DNA from: Mobula hypostoma
Lineage: Eukaryota
DNA: 64,000 bases
Assembly (NCBI RefSeq): GCF_963921235.1
Contig: NC_086097.1
Coordinates: 7,192,001 to 7,256,000 of the forward strand
Direction of reading: 5' to 3'
Shown here: piece by piece, positions 25,620 through 38,639 of the stretch
How the letters are laid out: the number at the start of each line of letters is the position of its first letter
Numbering within the stretch: the first letter of the stretch is position 1
Position numbers and translations under genes: made by a program
The notes under the pieces: model-generated
Databases searched by the model: none
What the model was told of the DNA's origin: nothing
What the model saw: only the letters and a program-made list of their open reading frames with translations

Positions 25620-26690
25620 GAAAACTCAAACAAATGCAGGAGGAGCTCAGCAAGTCAGGCAGCTTTGATGGAAAGGAATAAGCAGTCAATGTTTCTGGCT
25701 GAGACTCCTCATTTGGACCGTGAGAAAAGATGAGGTCAGAATAAGAAGGTGGGGTGAGTGGAGGAAGGACTGCAAGGTGGCAGGTGATAGATGAAACTGG
25801 GAGAGGTGGAGGGGGGTGAAGTAAAGAGCTGGGAAGTGGATTGGTGAAAGAGATAGGGTTAGAGGAGACAGACTCTGATTGGTCAGGACAGAAGACTATG
25901 GAAGAAAGGGAAGGAGGAGGACCACCAAAGGGAGTTGACGGGCAGCCATTTTAAAAGTTGCGAGAGGGAAGCAGGATTGGGGGATGGTGAATGGGAGGGG
26001 GGATACAATTACTGGATGTCTGAGAAATCAATACTCATGCCATCAGGTTGGAGGCTACCCAGAAAGAATGTAAGGTGTTGCTCCTCAAACCTGAGTGTGG
26101 CCTCATCGCAGCTGCAGAGGAGGCCATGGACTGACATGGTGGAATGGGAATGGTAAGGAGAATTGAAATGGATGGCTACTGGGAGATCCTGCCTTTTCAG
26201 CCAGACAGAGCATAGGTGCTCAGCAAACCACTTGTTGAAGGCTGAATATCAATTTCCCGAACTTCTGGTAATTGCCTCCCCCCCTCCAATTTCACTATTC
26301 CCTATTCCTGCTTCCATCTCTCACCTCATCTCCTTACCTGCCCATCGCCTCCCTCTGGTGCTCATCCTCCTTTCCTTTTTTCCATGGTCTTCTGTGCTCT
26401 TCGATCAGATTCCCCCTTCTCAAGCCCTTATCTCTTTCACCAATCAGCTTCCCAGCTCTTCACTTCAGCACCTTCAGCCTCTCCTGATGTCACCCAGCAC
26501 ATCCTATCTTGTATTTCTTCCTCCTTCCCCCACCTTCTGACTCTGACTTCTCTTTCTTTCTTTCCAGTCTTGATGAAGGATCTCAGCCTGTAACATCAGA
26601 TGCTTATTCCTTTCCATAGCCTGACCTGCTGAGTTCCTCCAGCACTTTGTGTGAGTTTCCCTGGATTTCCAGCATCTGCAGAATGTCTAA
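25620..26690. mobile_element. Divergent pair of Penelope-like 3' fragments (- 25620-26230; + 26240-26690)
   Basis: Minus strand carries an EEQHL...LGSLQPDGM remnant; both arms end in degenerate hammerhead-like repeats. Confidence 0.68.
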
Positions 26691-26899
26691 TGTTGGTAAC
26701 TCAATAGCAACCAGCAATTTACAAGACAAATAGTGCAATCAACACTTAGCAGAACAGTCACGTGGGCAAACATCAATTATCAAACTTAAATAAATGTGAA
26801 CATACGAACTGACTCGATAATTATCATCAAGACAAGAAGTGCTGGAAAGACCATTTAACAGATGTTATGTAGGGACAGATAGGGGTTTTCTGAGAGTCT

Positions 26900-29800
26900 C
26901 TTAATAACCCTAAAGCATCTGTCTCTAGCTTCATTCCTGGCAGCACATTCACTCACCTACCACTCTCTGCATAAAACAGCCTACTCTAACTTTCCTCCAA
27001 ACCCCTTAAAGTTACACCTCTTTGCATTTCTACTCTGGGAAAAAAATGGCTGTCCACTCTATGAATTATCTTGTACACCTCTGTCAAGCCGCCTCTCATT
27101 CTCCTTCACTCTGAAGAGGAAAGCCTTAGCTCACTCAACCTATCCTTGAAAAGCATGCTTTCCAGTCCAGGAAGCATCCGGGTTAATCTCCTCTGCATCC
27201 TCTCTAAAGCTTCCACATCATTCCCATAATGAGGCTATTGGAAATTAACAGAATATTCCAGCTGTGGTCTGACCAGTTATATAGAGAGCCGTGGTCTGAC
27301 CAGTGTTATATAAACAGCCGTGGTCTGACCAGTGTTATATAGAGGGCCGTGGTCTGACCAGTGTTTTATAGAGAGCCGTGGTCTGACCAGTGTTATATAG
27401 AGGGCCGTGGTCTGACCAGTGTTTTATAGAGAGCCGTGGTCTGACCAGTGTTATATAGAGGGCCGTGGTCTGACCAGTGTTATATAGAGAGCTGTGGTCT
27501 GACCAGTGTTATATAGAGAGCCGTGGTCTGACCAGTGTTATATAGAGAGCCGTGGTCTGACCAGTGTTATATAGAGGGCCGTGGTCTGACCAGTGTTTTA
27601 TAGAGGGCCGTGGTCTGACCAGTGTTATATAGAGGGCCGTGGTCTGACCAGTGTTATATAGAGGGCCGTGGTCTGACCAGTGTTATATAGAGGGCCGTGG
27701 TCTGACCAGTGTTTTATAGAGGGCCGTGGTCTGACCAGTGTTATATAGAGAGCCGTGGTCTGACCAGTGTTATATAGAGAGTTGTGGTCTGACCAGTGTT
27801 ATATAGAGAGCCGTGGTCTGACCAGTGTTATATAGAGGGCCGTGGTCTGACCAGTGTTATATAGAGGGCCGTGGTCTGACCAGTGTTATATAGAGGGCCG
27901 TGGTCTGACCAGTGTTATATAGAGAGTTGTGGTCTGACCAGTGTTATATAGAGAGCCGTGGTCTGACCAGTGTTATATAGAGAGTTGTGGTCTGACCAGT
28001 GTTATATAGAGGGCCGTGGTCTGACCAGTGTTTTATAGAGGGCCGTGGTCTGACCAGTGTTATATAGAGGGCCGTGGTCTGACCAGTGTTATATAGAGGG
28101 CCGTGGTCTGACCAGTGTTATATAGAGGGCCGTGGTCTGACCAGTGTTATATAGAGAGTTGTGGTCTGACCAGTGTTATATAGAGAGCCGTGGTCTGACC
28201 AGTGTTATATAGAGAGCCGTGGTCTGACCAGTGTTATATAGAGGGCCGTGGTCTGACCAGTGTTTTATAGAGGGCCGTGGTCTGACCAGTGTTATATAGA
28301 GGGCCGTGGTCTGACCAGTGTTATATAGAGGGCCGTGGTCTGACCAGTGTTATATAGAGGGCCGTGGTCTGACCAGTGTTATATAGAGAGTTGTGGTCTG
28401 ACCAGTGTTATATAGAGAGCCGTGGTCTGACCAGTGTTATATAGAGAGTTGTGGTCTGACCAGTGTTATATAGAGGGCCGTGGTCTGACCAGTGTTTTAT
28501 AGAGGGCCGTGGTCTGACCAGTGTTATATAGAGGGCCGTGGTCTGACCAGTGTTATATAGAGAGCCGTGGTCTGACCAGTGTTATATAGAGAGTTGTGGC
28601 CTGACCAGTGTTATATAGAGAGCCGTGGTCTGACCAGTGTTATATAGAGAGCTGTGGTCTGACCAGTGTTATATAGGGAGCTGTGGTCTGACCAGTGTTA
28701 TATAGGGAGCTGTGGTCTGACCAGTGTTATATAGAGGGCCGTGGTCTGACCAGTGTTTTATAGAGAGCCGTGGTCTGACCAGTGTTATATAGAGGGCCGT
28801 GGTCTGACCAGTGTTTTATAGAGGGCCGTGGTCTGACCAGTGTTATATAGAGGGCCGTGGTCTGACCAGTGTTATATAGAGAGCCATGGTCTGACCAGTG
28901 TTATATAGAGAGTTGTGGTCTGACCAGTGTTATATAGAGGGCCGTGGTCTGACCAGTGTTTTATAGAGGGCCGTGGTCTGACCAGTGTTATACAGAGGGC
29001 CGTGGTCTGACCAGTGTTATATAGAGAGTTGTGGTCTGACCAGTGTTATATAGAGGGCCGTGGTCTGACCAGTGTTTTATAGAGGGCCGTGGTCTGACCA
29101 GTGTTATATAGAGGGCCGTGGTCTGACCAGTGTTATATAGAGAGCCATGGTCTGACCAGTGTTATATAGAGAGTTGTGGTCTGACCAGTGTTATATAGAG
29201 GGCCGTGGTCTGACCAGTGTTTTATAGAGGGCCGTGGTCTGACCAGTGTTATATAGAGAGCCGTGGTCTGACCAGTGTTATATAGAGGGCCGTGGTCTGA
29301 CCAGTGTTATATAGAGAGTTGTGGTCTGACCAGTGTTATATAGAGAGCCGTGGTCTGACCAGTGTTATATAGAGAGCCGTGGTCTGACCAGTGTTATATA
29401 GAGAGCCGTGGTCTGACCAGTGTTATATAGAGGGCCGTGGTCTGACCAGTGTTATATAGAGAGTTGTGGTCTGACCAGTGTTATATAGAGGGCCGTGGTC
29501 TGACCAGTGTTTTATAGAGGGCCGTGGTCTGACCAGTGTTATATAGAGGGCCGTGGTCTGACCAGTGTTATATAGAGGGCCGTGGTCTGACCAGTGTTAT
29601 ATAGAGGGCCGTGGTCTGACCAGTGTTATATAGAGAGTTGTGGTCTGACCAGTGTTATATAGAGGGCCGTGGTCTGACCAGTGTTATATAGAGAGTTGTG
29701 GTCTGACCAGTGTTATATAGAGAGCCGTGGTCTGACCAGTGTTATATAGAGAGCTGTGGTCTGACCAGTGTTATATAGGGAGCTGTGGTCTGACCAGTGT

Positions 29801-30540
29801 TATATAGAGAGCCGTGGTCTGACCAGTGTTATATAGAGAGCCGTGGTCTGACCAGTGTTATATAGAGGGCCGTGGTCTGACCAGTGTTATATAGAGCTGC
29901 AATAGCACCTTGCGGCTCTTGAACTCAATCAAGATGAATGAACACACCATACACTTTCTTATCCAACCTGTCAATTTGTGCTGTGACTTTGAGGATGTAA
30001 AACCCAAGATCACAGTGTTCCTCCACACTGCTAAGATTCCTGCAGTTACCTCTGTACTCTGCATTCAGTTTTGACCTTCCAAAGTGAATCACGTCACACT
30101 TTCCTGGACTGAGCTCCATCTGCCTCTCCTCAACCCAGCTCTGCATCCTATTAACATCCTGTTGTAACCTATGACAACATCCTACAATGTCCACACTGCC
30201 AACTTCTGTACCTTCTGGAAACTCACTAACCCACCCTTCCTCTTCATCATCCAAATCATTTATAAAATTTACAAAGGAGAATGGGTCCTAGGACAGATCC
30301 CTGTGGAACATCAGTGGTCACCAACCACGAGGCAGAACATGCTAAATACTTTTACTGCCCTTTGCCTTCTATTGACAATGCAATTCTGAATCCACATAGC
30401 CCAGTTACCTTGGGTCCCATTCCCCCTGCCTTTCTGAATGAACGGACTGTGGGGAACCTTGTGAAATGCTTTACTAAAATTCATATAGACCACATCTACT
30501 GCTTTGCCTTAATTGATATTTTATGTCACTTCAAATAATT
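26900..30540 (-). mobile_element. Degenerate CR1 LINE RT region hosting the minisatellite
   Basis: VYMNFSKAFHKVPH, VPQGSVLGP, KCDVIHFGR and LLQLYITLVRP; colinear on both sides of the array. Confidence 0.88.
27264..29899. repeat. Minisatellite, 29-bp unit GTGGTCTGACCAGTGTTATATAGAG(G/A)GCC, 91 units
   Basis: Counted by hand. Head-to-tail units without spacers; first and last units are 27 bp; variation is mostly confined to a few positions. Confidence 0.97.
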
Positions 30541-30551
30541 GAATGGATTCA

Positions 30552-30972
30552 TGTCATGGTGTGCACTCACAGGACAAGACCCAAGTGTGGAGAAACGGCA
30601 GACTCTCTCTGTCACGGTGGTCACTGGCACCAGCTTAACCCAGAGCAATGGACAGCAGGCTCGTGACTTGACCCATGTCTGGAGGAACAGCAGAATCCCC
30701 ATGAAGGGACAGAAATAAGATGTTAGGTGTAGGAGACGCAGAGGGACAATTGAGAAACATCGTGAGGCAAATCATTCTCCATGATACAACTCTGCTTAAT
30801 AATCGTAGAATGCGGGAAACACAAACCAATCACAATTAACGACCAGATTAAACCTAAAGCACAAGGGCATAATGGCTCTAGTCAAGATAATGGTTAGTAA
30901 ATACAGATGCTTGAGAAACATTGGAGATCAATGTTCTACGGCTCACCACAGAGGCCCATAGGATTCATGACA
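30552..30972. mobile_element. Solo LTR-like element
   Basis: Termini TGTCATG...CATGACA (7-bp inverted repeat); flanks GATTCA and GGTTCA match 5 of 6. Confidence 0.5.
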
Positions 30973-31451
30973 GGTTCACTTTAAAAGAATTTGAAAGGAA
31001 CATTTTTTTCTGTTGAAATCAATGGAGCTCTAATAGAAAGTGCTTCAGTAATATTATTAAATTAAATCAATAGACTTTTTGTAATTTTAAATTCTAATTT
31101 ACAATGCTTGGCAAAATGCTGTCTTTTCTGTCTTTTCATGTCAATTATGATATCATTTCAAGATTGTTTAATGTCACTTTCAGGACACGAGTGTAAAGGA
31201 GAACGAAATAATTGTTACTCTGGATCTGATGCAGCATAAAGAAACAGTAAGATAAAGACCACAATAATTGAAACAACAATAAATATAATAACATAAGATA
31301 GATTACCTACCCAGATTGACTGTATGTACATAAAGTGATGCCAGACACAGAAGGGTCTGTACATTAGGTGAACTCTGACAGGAAATGATAAAATAATGGT
31401 AATTGGGAGGTAGAGGGGTGAGTTAGCGGTCGGAGGTGTTGATCAGCTTTA

Positions 31452-31768
31452 ATAAATAATAAGATGGAGGCATCCGTTAGTCTTGCGAGACCATGGATCT
31501 GCGCCTGGAAAGTCTTCACTCTCCAGGGCGCAGGCCTGGGTAAGGTTGTATGGAAGTCCGGCAGTTGCCCATGCTGCAAGTCTCCCCTCTCCACGACACC
31601 GATGTTGTCCAAGGGCTGATACAGCTTGGCACCAGTGTCGTCGCAGAGCACTGTGTGGTTAAGTGCCTTGATCAAGGACACAACACGCTGCCTCGGCTGG
31701 GGCTCGAACTCACGACCTTCAGATCGATTACCGAATGCCTTAACCAGTTGGCCACGTGCCCACACATA
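31452..31768 (-). mobile_element. tRNA-derived CORE-like SINE with 10-bp TSD
   Basis: A box TGGCCAACTGG, B box GTTCGAGCC, core-like GTGTCCTTGATCAAGGCACTTAAC; TSD ATCAGCTTTA at 31442-31451 and 31769-31778. Confidence 0.8.
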
Positions 31769-31785
31769 ATCAGCTTTACTGCTTA

Positions 31786-32333
31786 CATTACTGTGCAAAA
31801 GGTTTAGGCATGTGTATATAGCTATAGTGCCAAAGACCTTTACACAGTACTGTATTGGTCAATGTGAAGCGGAGAGCAAGTCTGCGAAGCTGGCAGGAAC
31901 AAAGGAAGTTGGGAATGGTGAGGGTGCAGTGCAGTGGGAGGGGTGTGGGACAGGTGGCAGAGGAGGAGTGTCAGGGTGGGGCGGAAGGGGTGGTGTGTGT
32001 GCGGCACACCCAGCCCTGAGACACTAGGCAATCATTTGATTCCAAACAATTGGTTTATTGATCATTACAGAATGTCTCTCTGGTGCTTCCCACTCCCTCC
32101 CCTCTCCCTTCTCCTTTTCCCAACCATGATTCCCATCTCCCTGCCCCATTCCTACTCTCATCCATAATAAAGACCCATATTGGAATCAGGTTTATCATCA
32201 CTCACATATGTCATGAAATCTGATTTTTTTTTGTGGCGGCAGTACAGTGCAAACATAAAATTACTACAGTACTATGCAGAATTCTTAGGCACGCTGCCTA
32301 TGTGTATATGCTAAAGGCTTTTGCACAGCACTG
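31786..32333. mobile_element. Non-autonomous Tc1/mariner-type element bounded by two mini-MITEs
   Basis: TA-flanked 67-bp hairpins (consensus TIR CAGTACTGTGCAAAAGTCTTAGGCA) at 31786-31852 and 32267-32333; partial copies at about 36400-36735 and 49033-49195. Confidence 0.7.
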
Positions 32334-32999
32334 TACATAAAAATAAATAGCTTTCAACATTTAGAGATTTCCATATGAAGGGAATCTAAATTGCAAGAGG
32401 ATGGAGGAAAGAGGGAGAATTTAGGAACAGAGTTTAAGAGTCAGCAAGTCAGGCAGTGTCAGTGGTGAGAGTTCTGTGGGAGTGCCATGAATCTGAATGA
32501 TTGAGTCTGTTTCTCTCTCTGCAATGGTTTCTGAAGTGCAGACTACTTCCGACATTTTCTTATATTATTTAAAAATGTCACTGTGTTCGGCTTTACTTCT
32601 GTTTTAAAGTTGCAGTGTTGGAAAATGTTGAATGTAATATTTTTGTCTGACTGTTTGCTACTAAATCTCCATATTTCAAAATGTGGCCACTTCCACAAAG
32701 GACGTAATGTTTGAAAGTAATGTTAAAATATTTTTTCTTACTTATAATAACAACGTCCAAACACTCTTTCAATTAAATAGATGATTTATTCTGTTCCTGT
32801 TGCAATAATTCAGGGTGTCTGTAACCTTGGAGTAGCAATCTTTGTCTGAGAGAGGAGTCAGTGTAAACCTTACCCTTCGAGGCTAGAGGTTGTGAAGATA
32901 ATTTCCAAGTTAATTTGAAAGGGTTGCATTTATACAGAGCCATTAATATTTCTTTTTCAATTCCCCCTTCTGCAATTGGATCCTCGATTTCCTCACTTG

Positions 33000-34070
33000 C
33001 AGACCCCAGTCAGTTCGGATTGGCAAAACTATCTCCTCCACAATCTCCATCAGCACAGGAGCACCACAGGGCTGTGTACTTATCCCCTGCTCTATTTACT
33101 TTACACCTCTGACTATGACTGAGGGGCTAAGCACAGGTCCAACACCATATACGTTTGCTGTCGTGGGTTATATCAAAGGTGGTGATGAATCAGCATTTAG
33201 AAGGGAGATTGAAAATTTGCCTGAGTGGTGTCATAACCACAACCTCTACCTCAATGTCAGCAAGAGCAAGGAGCTCACCGTAGACTTCAGGAAAGGGAAA
33301 CCAGAGGTTCATAAGCCAGAAATCATTGGCAGATCAGAGGTAGAGAATGTCAGTAAATATAAATTCCTTGTTGTTACTATTTCAGAGGTTCTGTTCTGGA
33401 CCCATCATATATGGTATGGAAGTTATCCTGTCCAAAACCGAAAGAAGCTGTAGAAGATCGTGAACACGGCGCAACACATCACACAAACCAATCTTCCATC
33501 CTTGGACTCACTTTACACGGCACGCTGTCGGAGCAGTGCTGCCAGGATAATCAAGGACACAATCCACACAGCCAACACATTTTTTGTCCCTCTTCCCTCC
33601 AGGAGAAGGCTCAGGTGCTTGAAGACTCGTACGGCCAGATTTGGGAACAGCTTCTTTCCAACTGTGATAAGACTGCTGAACGGATCCTGACCCGGATCTG
33701 GGCCGTACCCTCCAAATATCCGAACCTGCCTCTTGGCTTTTTTGCACTACCTTACTTTCCATTTTTCTATTTTCTATTTATGATTTATAATTTAAATTTT
33801 AATATTTACTAATTTTTACTGTTTTTAATATTTTTAATATTTAATATTTGTAATCCAGGGAGCAGGAAGCGCAGAATCAAATATCACTGTGATGATTTAC
33901 GTTCAAGTATCAATTGTTTGGCGACAATAAAGTATGAAGTATGAAGTATATAAATGTATTTGCAAAAAAAGTATGACAGCACCTCGGCTTTCTTAGGAGG
34001 CTGTGGAGATTTGGCATGACATCAAAAACTTTGACAAACTTCTATCAATACGTAATGGAGAGTGTACTCA
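33000..34070 (+). mobile_element. Rex1/Babar-like LINE fragment with a nested second fragment (about 33411-33950)
   Basis: Host copy has [14 protein letters not shown] and [18 protein letters not shown] segments and resumes at about 33951. The nested copy encodes LPSLDSLY..RC...SFFPTVIRLLN and has an (ATGAAGT)n tail. Confidence 0.75.
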
Positions 34071-37000
34071 AGTTAATTTTAAAGGGTTCCATTTACATAG
34101 AACTATTAATATTCCTTTCAGAGCATCCCAGAGCACTTTACAGCCAAAAAAATTACTTCAGAAGTGATAAAACAAGACCACCAAATGCAAAAGAGGCAAA
34201 ATTTCAGGAAATATGAAACATGGGTCACAGGCTCACTGCTACAAATTTGTAGACACAGAACCTGAGATCTAAAGTTCAAAGCCACAACACAAGTAAGAGT
34301 TAGCTTACAGCTGCTCTGTGATACAATCTTTATGCTGCACTGGAACCCTCGGTCACTAGAGTGTAAAATCATAATTAAATTTCCAACAGTGGTGTGGTAC
34401 TTTGAGCTGCTCCCTTACAGCTTCAGTTGTGACATCTGGATGGAATTTTCATGCCCTCCTTGTGTCTGAAAGTCTGTCATGGACAGTCTCAAAGCCCAGC
34501 TTCGAAGGGTGGCGGGTTGGGCATGGGGCTAGCAAACCCATCCTGTGAAAACCCAGAGCTACACAAACACCAACAGAAGCTTTGAGGTCCTTGTCCTTGG
34601 GAGAGGAAAGATCTTCGAAGATGGGCTACACCTGGGGACAGGTGGAAAGTCTGAACCAGGGAAGGGGACCCAGGTGAGCTGCAGCCAGTGGCCTATGTCC
34701 CATTAAGGGTGATGGACTTTTTCTGTCTGAACAGGGGTGCACTTGATGCTTCTGTTCCCCCCCATCCCAAAGATGCTGATAGGTTTACTGGCTGTTGCAA
34801 ATTACCTCCCTCCCACCCCTCCAGGTATGTAGCAGGAGAATCAGAGAAATCGATGAGGAAATAAAGGAGAATACTGATGGAAATATGCTGAGCTAGCCTA
34901 GACTCGATGGGCTAAATGATCTGGACTACAAAAAAAATTAAAATGTCCAGAGTTTGTTATATTACCCCAGAGACTATACTTTGACTGTGTTCATTAGCTT
35001 TAAAACAATGTCTTATTTCCTGCTGTGTTCCTTCTGCTCTTAGTGGGCAGATTATAGAATGTACTAGAACAGTTTAGTACAGGAACAGGCCCTTTGGCCC
35101 AGAATGCTGTGCTGAAACAAATGCATTAGTAATTAAATGGTCAACTAAATTAATCCCTTCTGTGTACACAATGTCCCTACCTCTCAATTTTCCTCACATT
35201 CATGAGCCTTTCTAAATGTATCTTAAAAGTCCCTAATGTATCTGCCTCTACCACTACCCCAGGTAATTCATTCCAGGCACCCACCATTCCCCGTGTTAAA
35301 AAAAAACTGCCCCTCACCTTCTTTGAAATTACCCTCTTTCATCTTAAATGCATGCCCTCTGGTATTATACATTTCAGTTCTGGGAAAACAATATTATCTG
35401 TCTACACTATCCCTGCCTCTCATAATCTTATAAAACTCTATCAGATTTCCCCTCAGCCTGCACAGGTCCAGAGAAAACAACCCAAGTTTGTCCAGCCTCT
35501 CATGATAGCCCATGCCCTCTAATCCAGGCAGCATCCTGGTACACCTCTTCTGCACCCTCTCCAAAGCCTTGACATCCTTCCTATAATGGGGCAATCAGAA
35601 CCATATTCACCTCTCCAGATGTGGCCTAACTAGACATTTATAAGGCTGGGGGAACAGTGGCACATCTAGTTGAGCTGCAGCCTAACAGCTCCAGTTACAA
35701 TAGGTTCAATCTGACCTCAGGTGCTGTCTATGTGGAGTCCGCATGTACTCCTTGTGATTGCATGGGTTTCTTCTTGGTGCTCTGTTTTCATCCCATATTC
35801 CAAAAATGTGTATGTTGGGAAATTAATTAACCATTGTGAGTAATGGGGTGGCGCAGTAGTGTAGTGGTTAAGACACACGCTTTAAAGCACAGGTGACCCA
35901 GGTTGTCAGGAATTTATAAGTTCTCCCTGTCACCATGTGGGCTTCCTCCCACATGGTACCTTTTGGTAGGATCATTGGTTATTATAAATTGTCCCGTGAT
36001 TAGGCTAGGGTTAATTTTGCGAATTACTGGGCGGCACGGCTCGAAGGAACAGAAGGACCTATTCCACGCTGTATCTCAATGACAAAAGAATAATTCTCAG
36101 CGTGCAGTTTTTGTGGGAGAATCTGGAGAGAGTTTATGAGAACGAGAGGAAAATAAAAGTGTCATTAGTGTTGGATGAATGTAAGTGGATGGGTGACGAT
36201 TGGCATGGTTTTGTAGGGATACAGCTCTCCACTGTGAAGGGCATCTACAGAAGGCAATGTCTCAGGAAGGCAACATCCAACGTCCCAGATCCTTCCCAAT
36301 TTCTGGATTTCTTCCAGGTGCTCCAATTTCCTCCCTCAGTCCAAAGGTGTATTGGTTAGTAGGTTAATTGGTCATTGCAAATTATCCAGTGAGTAGTGCT
36401 CAAATATTATGTTTTGTAACTGCAAAACACTAAACTAATTCAAAAGAAGACACAGGAATCCAATTTGATCATTACAAATATCTCTCTAGTGCTTCCCGCT
36501 CCCTCCCTTCTCCCCTCTCTTTTTCCCAAACATAAATTCCCACTCTCCCTGCCTCCTTCCCACTCTCAGTCCACAATAAAGACCCATATTAGAATCAGGT
36601 TTATCATCACTCACAAATGTCATGAAGTTTGTTTTTTTTTTGTGGCAGTGGTACAGTGCAATACATAAAATCACTGCAGTACTGTGTAAAAGTCTTAGGC
36701 AGCCTAAATGCCTATATTAGACTTTTGCACAGTCCTATATATATAAAATTAAAATACATAAGTAGTGCCAAAAAGGAGGGAAAATAGTGAGGTAGTGAAC
36801 ATGACTTATAGGTGTTTGGCTTTGATTCCATCCTATATCACTCTATGATTCTACCTGAGTGTTGTGGGGTGGAGTGATGATGGGGCCTGGGCAGACAGTA
36901 GTGGAGAATGAAGAAAGAACAAAACCTTTAGAGAGTCCCAGGGGTTGTCCTGAGAGAGTCCAGCACTCATTCCTACAGCTTGGTCAAATTTGCTTTGTGG

Positions 37001-37509
37001 TGTCCCGAAACGAATGGTGCCTGGGGATTAATATAAGTTCTTATCTGTTTGATGTGAAACCATCCAAAAATGGTTCTTGATGTGTTTCAGTCCTTGTTCT
37101 GCCAGGTGTTTATGAAAAGCCTCACAATATCACTGTAATAAACAACACCAGGGAAGCAAATTTCTTGGCTCAGTGTATTAAATAAATGAGCTTCACTGTG
37201 ATAATGTTTGCTTCAATCCTAGTTCATTCATTCCTCTTCCCTAATGATACCATTGTAGTTCATCTCCTATATTTATTTTGAAAGAACATCCTAGAGATCC
37301 ACAAAGCTAGCTCAATTTTGCCTCAATAAGGCCATAAGATATGGAAGCCGAATTTAGCCATTTAGCCCATCAAGTCTGTTCCAACATTTTATCATGGCAG
37401 ATTCATTTCCCTCTCATCCCCAGTCTCCTTCCTTCTCCCCACATCCCTTCATGCCTGGACTAATTAAGTATTTGTATCTGTGATTTGGCACGACATTTAG
37501 AACTTTGAC

Positions 37510-38110
37510 AAGCTTTTATAGATGTGTCGTGGGGTCTATATTGACAGGCTTGGTATGGAAACACCAATGTCCTTGAACGGAAAGCCCTACAGAACTTAAT
37601 GGATACAGTCCAGTCCAGCACGGTTAAAGCCCTCCCAACCATTGAGCACATCCACATAAAATGCTGTTGTAAGAAAGGAGCATCCAACATCAAGGATCCC
37701 CACCACATAGGTCATGCTCTCTTCTCGCTGCTGTCATCAGGTAGAAGGTACAAGAGCCTCTGGACCCACATCACCAAGAACAATTACTACCCCTCAACCA
37801 TCACACACTTGAGCTAAAGGGGACAACTGCACTCAGCTTCACTTGGTCCATCGTTGAAATGTTCCCGCAGCCAATGAACTCATTTTCAAGTCCTCTTCAT
37901 CTGATGTTCTCATTTTTATTTCCATTTATTTATATTTGCATTTGCACAGTTTGCTGTCTTCTTCACCCTGCTTGACCTTTCATCGATTTTGTTCCAGCTA
38001 CTGTTCTATAGATTTGTTGAGTATGCCCAAGGAAAAGATAATTTCAGCATTGTATATGGTGACATAAATGTACTTTGATAATAACATTGACTGTGAAATT
38101 TAAACTTTAA
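37510..38110 (+). mobile_element. Rex1/Babar-like LINE 3' end
   Basis: ORF 37599-37817 KDPHHIGHALFSLLSSGRRY plus 3' UTR. Confidence 0.72.
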
Positions 38111-38639
38111 TTTATCTGTGATTATATATTTTTGTACTTGTTGACATACCAATACAATGGTATACAAGTATTATAACCACCAGAAGTGATGTGCGTTGGG
38201 GCAGGAAAATGTTATGACAACATAGCCAAACAGTGGGGTAAAGAAGATGGCAGTCTGGGGGATTGAGGGAAGAGGTTATGGAACATTAATGAATGGGCCT
38301 TTCTTAAATAAATAAATGCAGAATCTCAAGCTAACAACTTGTCAGCCAGGCATCTGTGTTAGGAGGTGATAACCAGCAAGCAGTAGGGACAGTCACTGGG
38401 AAATACAGCAGGCGAACAAGCTGAAGACCATGGATGAGGTGTGAGGGTTTTGGTCAAATAGTCATCCAGAACAGAATCAGGCTTGTCAGCCTACCAGTAA
38501 TTAGCAAAGTTTAAAGTAAATTTAATCAGAATCAGGTTTAAAATAGCTGACATATGTCAAGAAATTTGTTGTTTTGCAGCAGTACACTGCAATGCATAAT
38601 CAAAAATATAAATTACAATAAGAAAATATATTAATAAAT

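Noticed and set aside
27264..29899. CRISPR-like array (29-bp repeat with internal dyad)
   Set aside because: No unique spacers and no cas genes; the context is eukaryotic and the unit derives from CR1 coding sequence.
27264..29899. Array of transcription-factor sites (TGACC half-site, GTCT, TGTGGT, TATATA)
   Set aside because: These short motifs are inherited from the CR1 seed; nothing in the sequence supports a regulatory function.
31690..31762. tRNA gene on the minus strand
   Set aside because: A and B boxes are present, but they run into a SINE body with a tail and TSD, so this is a SINE head.
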